In this document: piece after piece, positions 12,040 to 24,502 of the stretch
Layout: every line of letters begins with the position of its first letter
Numbering within the stretch: position 1 is the stretch's first letter
Assembly (NCBI RefSeq): GCF_036588685.1
Contig: NC_086375.1
Span: forward strand, 13,826,001-13,890,000
Source: Mytilus trossulus
Taxonomy: Eukaryota
DNA length: 64,000 nt
Direction: 5' to 3'
Notes under the pieces: model-generated
Told to the model about the DNA's origin: nothing
The model's input: only the letters and a program-made list of their open reading frames with translations
The model's database searches: none
Made by a program: the position numbers and the translations under genes

Positions 12040-12840
12040 AAAGAAATGGAGAATGTGTCCCCATGGGCACAGGTGATGCCCCCTTGCAAACAACATTATA
12101 AAGGGACATCAATCAAAAACAATAAAAGTGACGCTACCCAAAATTGTACTTGATCTGAGTTTTGTGGTAATAAGTATTGTGTATAGCTTTCATAACATTT
12201 GATTGAGGCCAGAGGCGGATTTAGGGGAGGGGGCCTGGGCGCCAGGGGGCCCGGGCCTTCCCTTTTTGAAAAAAAAAATGGTTGCTTATATAGGGAATCA
12301 CTGAAGCGTGACTGGAACTCGAGAATGATTAAAGTGAACCCACTAAAATTCAAATTTGACCTGTATTTTGTGGTAGTAAGCAATATGTAAAAGGTTCATA
12401 ACATTTGGTTGAGGACGGAAACTAAACTTTTTGGAATTTTTCAATGTATAAAGGGGCATAACTCTAGAACAGTTAAAGTGACACCACCAAAGATTACAAA
12501 CTTGATCTGTGTTTATTTTGTAATAATCATTTTGTATAACTTTCATAACATTTGGTAGTGCCAAATAAACTCATCATAGATACCAGGACTAAATTTAGTA
12601 TATACGTCAGACGCGCGTTTCTTCTACAAAAGACTCATCAGTGAAGCTCGAATCCAAAAAAGTTAAAAAGGCAAAATAAAGTACGAAGTTGAAGAGTAAA
12701 CTTAAGTTAGGAAACGAAAACTAAATAAACATTTAGTAATTTATAAAGGGGCAAAACTCTAGAACAGTTTGTATGACACTACACAATTCAAACTTGATAT
12801 GTATTATGTTGTAATAAGCATTGAGTATAAGTTTCATTTG
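12040..12840 (-). mobile_element. Helentron-type non-autonomous element with ~160-bp internal tandem repeats, interrupted by a MITE and a retrozyme fragment
   Basis: Repeated AAAGGGGCATAACTCTAGAAC...AACTTGATCTG...TTTCATAACATTTGG units. It is the reverse complement of elements at 18335-19730 and 25717-26295. Confidence 0.65.
12604..12650 (-). ncRNA. Type-I hammerhead ribozyme (retrozyme fragment ~12563-12697), with mismatches in stems I and II
   Basis: Minus strand reads GAGCTTCA-CTGATGA-GTCTTTTGTAGAA-GAAA-CGCGCG-TC-TGACG. Confidence 0.8.
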
Positions 12841-14257
12841 ACTATATATATAAATATGTCACAGTTGTATAACAGTGTGGATTAGATATTTAGTGTATGA
12901 TATTGGATAGTTTATACGCTTTTGAAACCTGCACAATTTAACCAAGCACTTTTCCTTGTAAGATTAATCTCCCCAAACAATGCTTTACTTGTTATCTCTA
13001 CTCCTTCGCAACAACAAAAAATGATTGACGGAAGCGATCCACAGTCTCCATATGAGAGTTATTTCCCTGTTATATATTTGATATAATTGAAATATACTTG
13101 TTACTTGTAATCCATAAGGGATACACACCTAGTCTTTTGATATGAGGTTCAGAGTACATCCATAAGAAAATGATGTCAAGGTCGAAAGTCAAGGTCATTA
13201 TCTAAATTTTGATAATTTTAACGAATGATTCATTTTCTCGATTAGAAAAATAACGCAAATATAAATCGCTGTGAATATGTAAAACTATGCTTTTTCTTAT
13301 TTATCTTCTTCAAGTAAGTTTTAGATTCGCGTGATTTAATTGCCGCGAAATTGGTTATATGAGAGTGTCGAAATATTTTCACCAATCTTTTAGCTATGGC
13401 ATGTGGTAAAATAAATATATTGGTTAAATGGGTGTGTGGACATTAAACAGGAGTTTCCTCCCCTCATATTTTTTAATTACCTGTATTCGTGTATAAGTCA
13501 TTAACTATATACAGAAGAGACTTAGGGTCATTTGATTTGAGGTCCTTGCTTGATGACTTTGAAAGTCGAGCTAAATTTGATCTTCTAGATCTTGACCTTT
13601 GGTATAAATACAAAATCATACTTGATAAAGCTATGGAGTCCTTTGCATAAAGTTGGTAGATATATGACTTTCAATAGGTCACCTGGGAGTGACCTTTTGT
13701 AAACTGGGTGTCGCCGTGTCCTGTAGTGATTTCATTTCAAATTACCTAGAATTATATATTTCGGGAATCAGTGTGAAGAAACCTATCAGATGGTACTGGA
13801 AGTGAAATTTTAAAACTCGAAGCAATTTATCTCCCTTATTATATAGAAACCTTATATTTTTGTTACTTAAGCTATCATATGGGACCAACAGTGACATTTT
13901 CTGAACTGGACATAGCAAATTTGCTGCCTTTTTTTAGACAAAAAGCGCATAACAACCATATATTTTTTAAACCTATGATTTGACACCAACAGTTACTTTG
14001 AGTAAACTGCATGTAGCTTCTTAATGTGGAAAGACATTCAATTGTTATAAAAATAATTTCATTTTATTTTATAACTAAATAATATATCATGTAGCATGCA
14101 GTACCGGGGTATATGTGTCATAACATATCAGGATACTTATAAGGTTTACATTTATAATACACATAACTTTCTACAGTAATTTATGGGGCAAACTGTTTTA
14201 TATATAACCAAATAATTCATTTTTTTAACATTATTTCAGACATAAAGAGAAAAAGTA

Positions 14258-15961
14258 ATGGCCTCATCTGTCAATCACCTTTGCACAATTTGCCATGATG
14301 ATGGAATCTCCAATTCAGCAGTCACATGGTGCACAGAATGTGAAGTTTTTTTTTGTGGAGGTTGTGAAAAACATCACAGTAAGTCCAGACTGTCCCAAAA
14401 TCATAAAACCATGTCAGCTGAAGATTACCAAAAGTTACCTACATTCATGCAAGAAATAAGTAGCCAGTGCAAAGACCACAAGAAGAAGTTTGAACTGTAT
14501 TGTTCTTTCCATACCTGTCCATGTTGTGTCCAGTGCATCACTGATAAACATAATAAATGTCAAGACATGAAACCATTGTCAGATATCCTACAGAAAGTCA
14601 AATCATCTGCCTCAGTGCTACTTTTTGAAAAAGATTTGACGAATGTGAGGGAAAACTTAGATACAGCCATAAAGTATCTGAAAACCAAAATGAGTACCAT
14701 CAATACTAAAAAAACAAAAGCTGTTGAGGATATTAGGAATGTGAGAGAGTCTATCAATGATTACTTAAACAAATTAGAGCAAGACATACTGAATGATTTA
14801 GAGTCAAAACATTCAAAGCTACAATCAAACATGGCCACTATCGTGCAACAAATGGAACAGCAAGCCAGTCAAATAGACCAAATGCAGAACCAGTTCACCA
14901 AAATGACGCAATATGCCACAGAGTTACAGATGTATATTGGTCTAAGAGAAATTGAGAAAACTACAACACAGGGAGCAAAATATTTAGAAGATTTAGAAAA
15001 TGGAGACCACGTTAGTGAAAAAAATCTAGAGGTCAACATTTCATCAGCTCTACAATCAATTTTACAAGATATCAAATCATTTGGAGATATTAATATTAAT
15101 ACCACCTCTTCTACACTTCGACTAAAGACCAGCAGAAAAGATCAAGCCCAGCACTTGGTTCCAAACGTTCCTGTTATTGAACAAATTAAGCCATCCCTAT
15201 TGACAAGACTAACAAGTACAATAGATATGAAGTTGAATATATGGGCCTGTCTTATCTTACCTGATGGTGAATCTATAACACTTGATCGCAATAAAAAACA
15301 ACTACTGCTGTTCAGTAAAGATGGCATCTTCATCAGAAAAGTAATTTCATTCACAAAGCATCCATGGGGTGCTTGCTTTGTCAGAAATTATACAGTGGCT
15401 GTCACATTAAGATCAGCAAACCAGATAGCTTTGGTAGATGTAAAAAAGGATAGAATTATTCAAACAATCAAACTTTCGCATGATTGTTTTGGAGTGGCAA
15501 GTGATGGTAAAACTTTGGTCATCAGTAGTGGTGGCAGCCAGTGTACTACAGTGAATCTGAATGACATGTCTCATACAATCTTAGAAGGAATGGGACTTGG
15601 ATCTATTGCATTATTCCAAAGAAATATATATGGTATCAATTACCATGAAAACAAAGTATGCTGTTATAAAATTACTGGAGAACCTTTGTGGACATATCAG
15701 AACCCAGACATTGCCACACCACGAGGACTTTCATTAGATAAGAATGGCTTTGTTTATATAGCTTCCAATGGAAACAACAGTATCATGGTAGTATCACCAG
15801 ATGGTAAAACCTGTAAGAAAATACTATCAGAGGCTGATGGAATCAAAGATCCATGGCAAATAGATATTAACAGAGAAACAGGAATGATGATAGTGTCGAG
15901 TAGAATGAGTGATAATGACAGTGTTACAGACTATGAAACAGCTTTTGTGTATACAATTTAA
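14258..15961 (+). CDS. RING-less TRIM-like protein, copy 2, 567 aa
   Basis: Intact ORF with the same domain order as copy 1. Acceptor TTATTTCAG (AG 14238-14239) lies just before the ATG. Confidence 0.95.
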   Translation: MASSVNHLCTICHDDGISNSAVTWCTECEVFFCGGCEKHHSKSRLSQNHKTMSAEDYQKLPTFMQEISSQCKDHKKKFELYCSFHTCPCCVQCITDKHNKCQDMKPLSDILQKVKSSASVLLFEKDLTNVRENLDTAIKYLKTKMSTINTKKTKAVEDIRNVRESINDYLNKLEQDILNDLESKHSKLQSNMATIVQQMEQQASQIDQMQNQFTKMTQYATELQMYIGLREIEKTTTQGAKYLEDLENGDHVSEKNLEVNISSALQSILQDIKSFGDININTTSSTLRLKTSRKDQAQHLVPNVPVIEQIKPSLLTRLTSTIDMKLNIWACLILPDGESITLDRNKKQLLLFSKDGIFIRKVISFTKHPWGACFVRNYTVAVTLRSANQIALVDVKKDRIIQTIKLSHDCFGVASDGKTLVISSGGSQCTTVNLNDMSHTILEGMGLGSIALFQRNIYGINYHENKVCCYKITGEPLWTYQNPDIATPRGLSLDKNGFVYIASNGNNSIMVVSPDGKTCKKILSEADGIKDPWQIDINRETGMMIVSSRMSDNDSVTDYETAFVYTI

Positions 15962-18334
15962 AATGAAATTTATTTTAAAAAATAGATCTGTGCATAGTGT
16001 TAAATGATATCAAAGACATTATATCTTCCTTATTAAGGTGTCCACATAATTAACACTAAATACATATTTGTTTACTTTTCAAATGTTTTTAAATTTGTTT
16101 TCAAATCAATTTATAAATAAAAGTATTAAAAAGAAAGCAGTAATTGAAAAATGAAAATAGCATGTATCGGAAGCAATTTTAGTTTCCACCTTCATTAGAA
16201 CCAAACAATTTGAATGTCAAAGATAAAAAAATCAACACTTGAAAACTTAGCTATATGACCAAAGGACCCATAAAAGGAATAGCCAAATAAACCTCAAGTC
16301 AACTGTGCATTGCGGGGAGAAACTTATAAAGTTTCTTGATAATTCATCAGTTAATCAATGAAAACCTCAACAAGAGGCTCCTTAAAGATCCTCCATTGTC
16401 ACCGGGATTTTTTTTGTCTACACCTCACATAAATGAATATTTTGCATATATACATTTGTAATTTGTAAATTTATCAGATCAGTTCTGCCAAATATTATTT
16501 GATTATGAAAAAATTAACATTTTAAATTGAATCTTGTGATATGTCAGAATTTGATACATTATAACTTTTGAAAATTTAATAACAACATACATGAACATTG
16601 CTGCATTGTTAAACCATAACCACCAACCTTTGCATTAAATGAATTTTAAGAATATTTGGTAAATTCAGACACTTTTCATATTCTAATACCAAGGGAGCTA
16701 AATCAATTCATCATGATCATACAAGAAAAAGTTGATTTTTTTTTAGCAATCCTGTGACATTTTATAATGATGCTTGCCATGTTTCAATTAAATCAAATAT
16801 GTGGCATAAGAATCTGAATGGAGATAACTGTACCTTTAGTTGCTAGGTAACAGTAAAATCTATGTTTCTAGCTTCTGAATTGCTAATTTTTAACCTGTTT
16901 TAGCTGAACCAAATTATTATAGATGCTATTTGAGGCATCAAACATGAAGAAATAAATTTGAAAGGGGTATAAAAAAATGGCACATATATATATATGCACA
17001 CTGTCAACACAATTTGTTTTTTTTATGAATGAGTTACACCAGTTTACTGCACTTCAGATGACATCCTCAAACAATATGTTCACACTGTGAAATTAAATAA
17101 CACAAGCATACTGACAATATAATATGTATGAAAACTTAGTCCAAATAATGATGATGTCTTAGTTACAAAGCTATTTAAATTTGGAATGGCATCACAGAAA
17201 AGAATTAAAGTAGCCTTGCAAGTCGTCATAAATTATTTGGTCTTGGACTAACATTTCTAATGCACTAAATTACTAATGGACTAGCTATAAACTATAACAT
17301 TTCCCGCATTTTTCTAAAACTGCCTACTAGTAACCCCCTTTTCGTTTGTTTATTGTTATTAAAAGTCCGACTCTCTGAGTCTCTGATGAACCTAACTTTT
17401 GGTACCATTTTTATGTTAGGAGAAATTTTATTTCCCGATAGAATATACCTGTTAAATGATAAAATTGTAATTCAATAAATAAACGATTTTCTGACGGTAA
17501 CTGGTCGACCAGTAATGTTTGCGTCTATGAGAATTAACTTTTAATTGATACTTTTCCATTTTATACATTGCCATGATTTGTGTTTACTTTATCTCAACTT
17601 TTTAACAGGATAACAAAGTTTTACCTGTTGATGAAATTTCTCACCTGCAAATTCTCTCCTTTCTAGCCTTCTCGACAGAAGTGTGGGCTATACTAAAACT
17701 CTGTCCAAAAACCGGTGTTCAGTTCCGGTCGGTTCTGCAAAACAGGACTTTCCTTAGAAATTTGTTTTGAAAGGAAAGGATATTAATTGTTACTTTATAA
17801 GCTTTTGTCAGTTCACACATTGCTTCCATTTTTAATTTCTTTGGTGCGTGTCCTTCATTTGATCCAACAAATCATGAATATCATGACCCTTCTGAAAATG
17901 GTGCGGATGTTTAACTCCTAGAGGCTAGATCATCCTACTGTGCCAAACGAAGGTCAATCTTTAAAATACAACTAATTCATGCATTATTTTACAAATTACA
18001 GCATTAATGATACACTTGTACCCTGTATTTTTATATTCTGTAGGTAAAATTGGCATACCATGATATATTTATGATCCAGACAAAAGTTTCCATTCTGGGA
18101 CTATTTTGTAGATTTAGCCATATATACTATATAGTTCCACCAATTAAATTTCGAATCCATATTGAACCATAGAAAAATGGGTTTGAATCGACCTGGAAAC
18201 GACCAGGTCATGATTCTGTAATGAGGAGTACTAAAATTGCATATACATGCTTAAATTCACACCCCGTTCATTTCCTGCTTATAAATACGTACATTTTATA
18301 ATTACTATTAATGTTTCAACTCTCATAAGATTTG

Positions 18335-19730
18335 TTTATGACCCCGCCGTGGCCGAAATGGCATTACGTTTTACCATTATCCGTCCGTCCGTATGTCACA
18401 AAGTTGGTTTCCGTTCTATGTCTCAATTGATACGTTACTCTAGAGCTAGCTCAAAGTACGCTGATTTTGTTGAACGAGAAATACTGCTTTCTCAAAAGTT
18501 GCTAGGACAGGGCTTTGAATCAATCAAATTAAAGTCATCACTCAAGAAATTTTACGGTCGCCATCATGAGCTGATTGGCCATTATGACAAAAGTGTCAGA
18601 AATCATTTCTGGTATTCTTCCTCAGTCATAAAAACCTTCCATCATTACCGAAGTGAACAAAAAAATAACACGACGGGTGCCGTATACGGTGCAGGAAATG
18701 CTTACACCTTCACTCCCGGTTTTTAGTGTTGTTTCTTATCTATTATTTGGTAACTGTTGATGTAAATGTCTTTTGGTTTTATGAGTCTTTGTTTAATCCT
18801 TTGTTTTGACCGTTATTTTTGTCTGTAACTTAAGTTAGCCGCAACCAAATGATATAAAACTTGTACAAAATGCTTATAACCACAAAACACAAATCAAGTT
18901 TAAGTTTTGCATGGTGACGGCACTCTTACCGTTCTAGAGTTATGCTCTTTTACAAATGGAAAACTAAACATGCCAAAAAATCTTAGCTAAAAATTCCAGT
19001 AGACCTCCTACGCTCCCCATTAGTATTTAAAGATTTGATTTCATTCAACAAATTAATTTAAGACCTTTATGTACGTGTCGCTTAGAACACGGCCATATAC
19101 AAAAGGGTCAATAGTAATCATCCATGTAATTTGCTCTATGGGATATTTGCAGTATCTTTAAATGGAGGCAATTATTTGGCATGTTGCTGAATTTTTCGTG
19201 CCTGTTTGCTTCCCTAAATTTGCCTCAACCAAATATTATAAAACTTGTACGCAATGCTTATTACCACAAGACACAGATCAAATTTGAATTTTGGTGGCGT
19301 CATTCTAACTTTTCTGGAGTTATGCCCCGTTATAAATCGAAACATGCTGATTTTTTCGTTTCTGTTTTCTAGCTGAAGTTTGCCTCAACCGAATGTCATG
19401 AAACTTATACACATACTTATTAAAACAACATACTGATCAAGTTTGAATTTTGGTGGTGTCACTTTTACTGTTCCGGCATAGTTTTGCCCCTTTACAAATG
19501 GAAAAAATGCTGGATTTTCCGTTTCTGTTCTCTAATTTAAGTTTTCCTCAACAAAATGTTATGCAAAATATACACCGTGAACAATACTTATTATTACAAA
19601 ACTCCTATCAAATACAAATTTGGGCAGGGTCACTTTTATCGATCTTCAGTTATGTTCCTTTATAAATTTAGATGATATCATACAAGCGGGGACATCATTT
19701 GTGTCCCATAGACACATTCGACATTTATTT
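18335..19730 (+). mobile_element. Helentron-type non-autonomous element (5' hairpin, (TCCG)n, ~160-bp internal repeats) with nested Penelope-like fragment
   Basis: Starts TTTATGACCCCGC..., has a TCCGTCCGTCCG microsatellite and ~160-bp repeats, and ends GCGGGGACATC...GACACATT. Confidence 0.65.
18418..18826 (+). mobile_element. Penelope-like retroelement 3' fragment (RT C-terminus and 3' tail)
   Basis: Encodes SQLIRYSRASSKYADFVER...KLLGQG...KKFYGRHHEL, homologous to the RT C-terminus at 44170-44712. Confidence 0.75.
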
Positions 19731-20059
19731 ATTTTCTCTCATTTTTATCCATTTTATCCATTTATTTTATTTTGTATATCTATTATCTCCTTTTAATGTC
19801 GAAAACGTATTTATTTAAGCGTTTCATGCAGTTGAAATATGCATATAACTGTTGCGATTTCAATCAATGCTAACATGTATTTTTATCTTATACAGATTAT
19901 GCAAGACACAAACAAGTCAACTTCCTCTTTAAAAGGGGATATAATAGTGATACATTTTGTTGAAATAGATAGTTTGATTCTAAATATTTTTGGAAAAATA
20001 TTTAGTATTGAAAGTAGTAAAAACTAAAAGCTTTTTAAAATTTTATTTTGTTCATGTAT

Positions 20060-21166
20060 GAATTTTCCGTACATTTTATGGACACCATTACGAATTGATA
20101 GATCCATACATTGTGTCTGTGTCTAAACTAGCTAAAAAAAAATTGATCACGTCTTAGAATATGGTTTACCATTTACCTTGTCTGGGTTTTTATAAAGTAC
20201 CGAACATAACCTATTCCAGAATATGAATCTTTTGCTGAGTGTGAATTCGCATTGTTATGAGATGTGACACGGGGTTTGTTTATCCAACATTCATTTATTT
20301 AGTTATGATATTGTTTTTGTAATTGTGATCGGATGTTGTTAAATGTATTATCGTTTGTAGTTATTGTAATTCTACTTTTTTAATTTTCTATTCGTTTGTA
20401 AAAGTAAAGATAATTAATCAACCAGTTCATTAATAAGATTTTAGTTTAATGCAACTATATATATGTGCACGATTTATTTGTTTTATATTTTTGATTTAGA
20501 AGAAATACCGAAATAGCTAGATAAAACAATTACTTATCTAACTACTAACACAATTCTATATAAATATTCTTATAATTGTTATAAAATACATCAAATCACT
20601 TAATAAAAAACTATTCTGGATTTATATCCAATTTTTAGAAATTTACATGTGACGTATTCACTTTTGTTGCGTTGATCCAGTCGTGTGACGTTTCTGTTGT
20701 GCTGTTTTTATGTGTAGTCCGAGATTTTTTATGTGTTCGTTTTTATTCTTTGGTTAGCATGTCGAAATGTACTATTGTAATGTTTATTTGTGTATTTTTC
20801 TGTTCTGCATGTTCTTGCATTGATTTGTACTGTATTCCTGTCATGTAATGTTGTCATTTTAGTGTTATATTTAACATTGCCATAAAAGTGCAAGCTTGGC
20901 TATCCACAAAGCCAGGTTCAACCCACCATCTTTTCTTAAAATGTTCTGTAACAAGTCAGGAAAATGGCAATTGTTATCTTATAGTTCGTTTCTGTGTGTG
21001 TTGCATTGTCATTTTATTTGTTGCACTTCTGTGTTTCTGTTGTTTCGTTGTTTTCATCTTATAGTTGATGTGTTTCCCTCGGTTTAAGTTTGAAACCCGG
21101 ATTTGTTTTCTCTCAATAGATTTATGACTTTCGAACAGTGGTATAGACTACTGTTGCCTTTATTTA
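20060..21166 (+). mobile_element. Decayed Penelope-derived element with twister-like motif (20876-20971); inverted partial copy at ~51500-52240
   Basis: Starts with an FYGHHYELID-coding remnant and ends with the family tail ...CTACTGTTGCCTTTATTT. 20060-20720 matches the reverse complement of 51500-52240. Confidence 0.6.
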
Positions 21167-21372
21167 AATTAAAGTTGAACTTGTTTCTCGTCTCTAGATA
21201 AAACATTTGCCTATATTATAATAAATGGTATGAGCCGCTTATCCTACCAATCTTCAAGATCTTTGTATCTTAATTTCAACATCAGATAATCTTGCATACA
21301 CTTCACTGTTCAAGCAGTAATGCTTGAAGGCATATACTATTTAATAAGATGATGGAAAGAGAGTCTGTAAAA

Positions 21373-21813
21373 AACTAGATGTGGCAAAGCGACACGAATG
21401 GCCCCGTCCCAAAAAGTTGAAAAATCTGCAATTTCAATAACACATGTGGACACAAACATGATGGTTGTCTCACATATCAAAAATCAGCTCAAAATCTGTA
21501 TAACTGTCATTTTCAATAATTTATCAAAGTACAAAGCCTGTCATTTCAGCAACAATTAGTGGAGCGGAACGAAACTTATACTTGATCTGTAACTCATTAT
21601 GGTTAACTCACATACCACAAAACAACCCAATATCTGAAGGCGTTTAGAAAAAAGCTCCGTATAATGGTTTGTTGCGGAATGACAGAATGACGGAATTACG
21701 GATTTACGGAATTTCTGAATTACGGAATATCGGAATTTCTGAATTACGGATATCGGAATTTCGGACAAGGGTAAAACTATATGGCACCGACAACTTCGTT
21801 GCGGGGCCATAAA
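21373..21813 (+). mobile_element. Helentron-associated (HINE/pearl-like) element
   Basis: Subterminal inverted repeats ATGGCCCCG (21398-21406) and CGGGGCCAT (21802-21810). Degenerate (ACGGAATT)n microsatellite and a terminal hairpin CCGACAAC-TTC-GTTGCGG. Confidence 0.7.
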
Positions 21814-22340
21814 TATGTTTATCGGAATTATCTGATTTTGTCTAATGCTTAGTTCGTGTCTGTGTGTGTTACATTTTAATGTTGTGCCGTTGTTCTCCTC
21901 TTATATTTAATGCGTTTCCCTCAGTTTTAGATTGTAAACCGGATTTGTTTTTTTTCTATCGATTTATGAGTTTCGAACAGCGGTATACTACTGTTGCCTT
22001 TATTTATTTGCCCTTTACATACGTCAATTCCTGCAAAGTTATCTAAAGGAGGGGCGAAAGATACCAATAGAACAGTCTTACTTATAAATCGAAAACAAAC
22101 TGACAAAGCCATGGCTAAAAAGATAAAGACAAACAGACAAATAATGATTGTATGTGCTTTTTATACAAATCTTCAACTACTAGAATTATGAAGAATTCCA
22201 TCGGTAAAGTTTCGGATAAGAAAAGAGATACATGCAATATTTTTTTCGACTTTTGTTGCGTTTCAGCAAGCCAAGGATGTATGCAAAATTTAAGCAAACT
22301 CTGTGATATAGTGGTATAGCCCATTTACTGTTCCTTCAAC

Positions 22341-24110
22341 TTAAATTTTATAAACAAAAGCTGTTTCATAGTCTGAAACACTGTCATCATCACTCTTTCT
22401 ACTTGACACTATCATTATTCCTGTTTCTCTGTTGATATTTATTTGCCATGGATCTTTGATTCCATCAGATCCTGACAATATTCTCTTACATGTTCTGCCA
22501 TCTGGTGATACTACCACGATACTGTTGTTTCCATTGGAAGCTATATAAACAAAGCCGTTCTTGTCTAATGAAAGTCCTCTTGGTTTGGCAACGTCTGAGT
22601 TCTGATATGTCCACAAAGGTTCTCCAGTAATTCTATAACAGCTGACTTTGTTTTCATGATAATTGATACCATAGATATTTCCTTGGAATAATGCAATAGG
22701 TCCCACTCCTTCCATTCCTTCTAAGATGGTATGAGACATGTCATTCAGATTCACTGTAGTACATTGGCTGCCAGCACTGGTGATCACCAAAGCTTTACCA
22801 TCACCTGCTACTCCATAACCTTCATGAGAAAGTTTAATTGTTTGAATAATTTTATTCTTTTCAACATCAACCAAAGCTATCTGGTTTGCTGATCTTAATG
22901 TAACAGCCACTGTATAATTTCTGACAAAGCAAACATCACAAGGATTCTTTGAGAATGTAAATACATTTCTGATGAAGATGCCATCGTTACTGAATAGCAC
23001 TAGTTGTTTTTTGTTGTTATCAAGTATTATAATTCTGCTATCAGGTAATATATGACAGGCCCATATATTTAACTTCATATCTTTTGGACTTGTTAGTCTT
23101 GTCAACAAGGATGGCTTTATTTGTTCAATTCCAGGAACTTCTGGAACCAAGTGCTGGGCTTGATTCTGTAGTCTTGTCAACAAGGATGGCTTTATTTGGT
23201 CAATTCCAGGAACTTCTGGAACCAAGTTCTGGGCTTGATTCTTTCTTTCGGTCTTTAATCGAAGTGTAGAAGATGTGGTATTGATATTAATATCTCCAAA
23301 TGATTTCACATCTTGTAAAAATGATTGAAGAGCAGATGAAATGTTGACCTCTAGATTCTTTTCTGTGAAGTGTCCTGCACTCTCTAAATCTCCTATATAT
23401 TTTGCAGTTTTCTCAATTTCCTTAAGACCAATATACATCTGTAGCTCTGTTGCATGTTGTACCAGATTGGTAAACTGACTCTGCATTTGGTCTATCTGAC
23501 TGGCTCCCTGTTCCATTTGTTGCAGGATAGTGGCCATGTTTGCTCTCAGTTTTGAATGTTTAGACTCTAAGTCATTAAGTATGTTTTGCTCTAATTTGTT
23601 TAAGTAATCATTGATCGACTTCCTCATATAACTGATTTCCTCAATGGCTTTGGTTTTCTGAATATTGATGGTGCTGATTCTGGTTTTCAGGTACATAATG
23701 GCTGTATCTAAGTTTTCCTTTACATTTTTCAAATCTTTTTCAAAAAGTTGAACAGAAGCAGATGCTTTTACTTGCTGTAGGGTATCAGACAAGTGTTTCA
23801 TGTCTTGGCATTTTTTATGTTTATCAGTGACACACTCTACACAGCATGGACAGGCATGGAAAGAACAGTAAAATTCAATCATCGTATTGTGGTCTCTGCA
23901 CTGACTACTTATTTGTTGCATGAATGTAGGTAACTTTTTGTAATTGTCAGCTGACATGGTTTTATGATGTTTAGACAGTCCTGACTTGCTGTGAGTTTTT
24001 TCACAGTCTCCACAAAAGAAAACTTCACATTCTGTACACCACGTGACTGCTGTATTAGAGATTCCATCATATTCACAAATTGTACAAAAGTGCTTGACTG
24101 ATGAGGCCAT
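22341..24110 (-). CDS. RING-less TRIM-like protein, copy 3, 589 aa, with an in-frame 75-bp internal duplication
   Basis: Intact ORF; acceptor TTATTTCAG (AG at 24130-24129). NQAQxLVPEVPGIxQIKPSLLTRL occurs twice (23094-23242). Confidence 0.95.
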   Translation of the reverse strand: MASSVKHFCTICEYDGISNTAVTWCTECEVFFCGDCEKTHSKSGLSKHHKTMSADNYKKLPTFMQQISSQCRDHNTMIEFYCSFHACPCCVECVTDKHKKCQDMKHLSDTLQQVKASASVQLFEKDLKNVKENLDTAIMYLKTRISTINIQKTKAIEEISYMRKSINDYLNKLEQNILNDLESKHSKLRANMATILQQMEQGASQIDQMQSQFTNLVQHATELQMYIGLKEIEKTAKYIGDLESAGHFTEKNLEVNISSALQSFLQDVKSFGDININTTSSTLRLKTERKNQAQNLVPEVPGIDQIKPSLLTRLQNQAQHLVPEVPGIEQIKPSLLTRLTSPKDMKLNIWACHILPDSRIIILDNNKKQLVLFSNDGIFIRNVFTFSKNPCDVCFVRNYTVAVTLRSANQIALVDVEKNKIIQTIKLSHEGYGVAGDGKALVITSAGSQCTTVNLNDMSHTILEGMEGVGPIALFQGNIYGINYHENKVSCYRITGEPLWTYQNSDVAKPRGLSLDKNGFVYIASNGNNSIVVVSPDGRTCKRILSGSDGIKDPWQININRETGIMIVSSRKSDDDSVSDYETAFVYKI

Positions 24111-24198
24111 TACTGTTTATCTTTAAATCTGAAATAAAGTGAGAAAAAAATTTCAGAAATGAATTATTCAGTTATACATAAAACAGTGCATTACTAAA

Positions 24199-24502
24199 GA
24201 AGAGGGACGAAAGATACCAGAGGGACAGTCAAACTCATCAATCGAAAATAAACTGACAACGCCATGGCTAAAAATGAAAAATGACAAACAAACAAACAAC
24301 AGTACACATGACACAACATGGAAAACTAAGGAATAAGCAACACGAGCCCCACCAAAAACTAGGGGTGATCTCAGGTGCTCCGGAAGGGTAAGCAGATCCT
24401 GCTCCACATGTGGCACCCATCGTGTTGCTTATATGATAACAAATCCGGTAAATAGTCTAATTCAGTAGGTCACATTCAGGAAAGGGAAGGGGATTGTAGT
24501 TA
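24199..24502 (-). mobile_element. Abundant Penelope-type 3'-tail repeat; other pieces at ~22047-22145, ~35831-35985, ~42965-43100
   Basis: GAAGAGGGACGAAAGATACC... is repeated. The continuation at 42965-43100 encodes KFYGHHHELVDRYGISVS on the minus strand, linking the family to the RT C-terminus. Confidence 0.7.

Noticed and set aside
21670-21770. CRISPR-like short repeat array
   Set aside because: These are degenerate 8-bp microsatellite units without spacers, inside a Helentron-type element in eukaryotic DNA.
24168-24416. 82-aa ORF (and similar ORFs at 35726, 36705, 57796, 63153) as real proteins
   Set aside because: They are chance frames within high-copy non-coding repeats.
24345-24425. 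HDV-like or pistol ribozyme
   Set aside because: A P1-like GGGTGC/GCACCT pairing exists, but no P3/L3 or catalytic J4/2 arrangement fits, and the pistol pseudoknot is absent.
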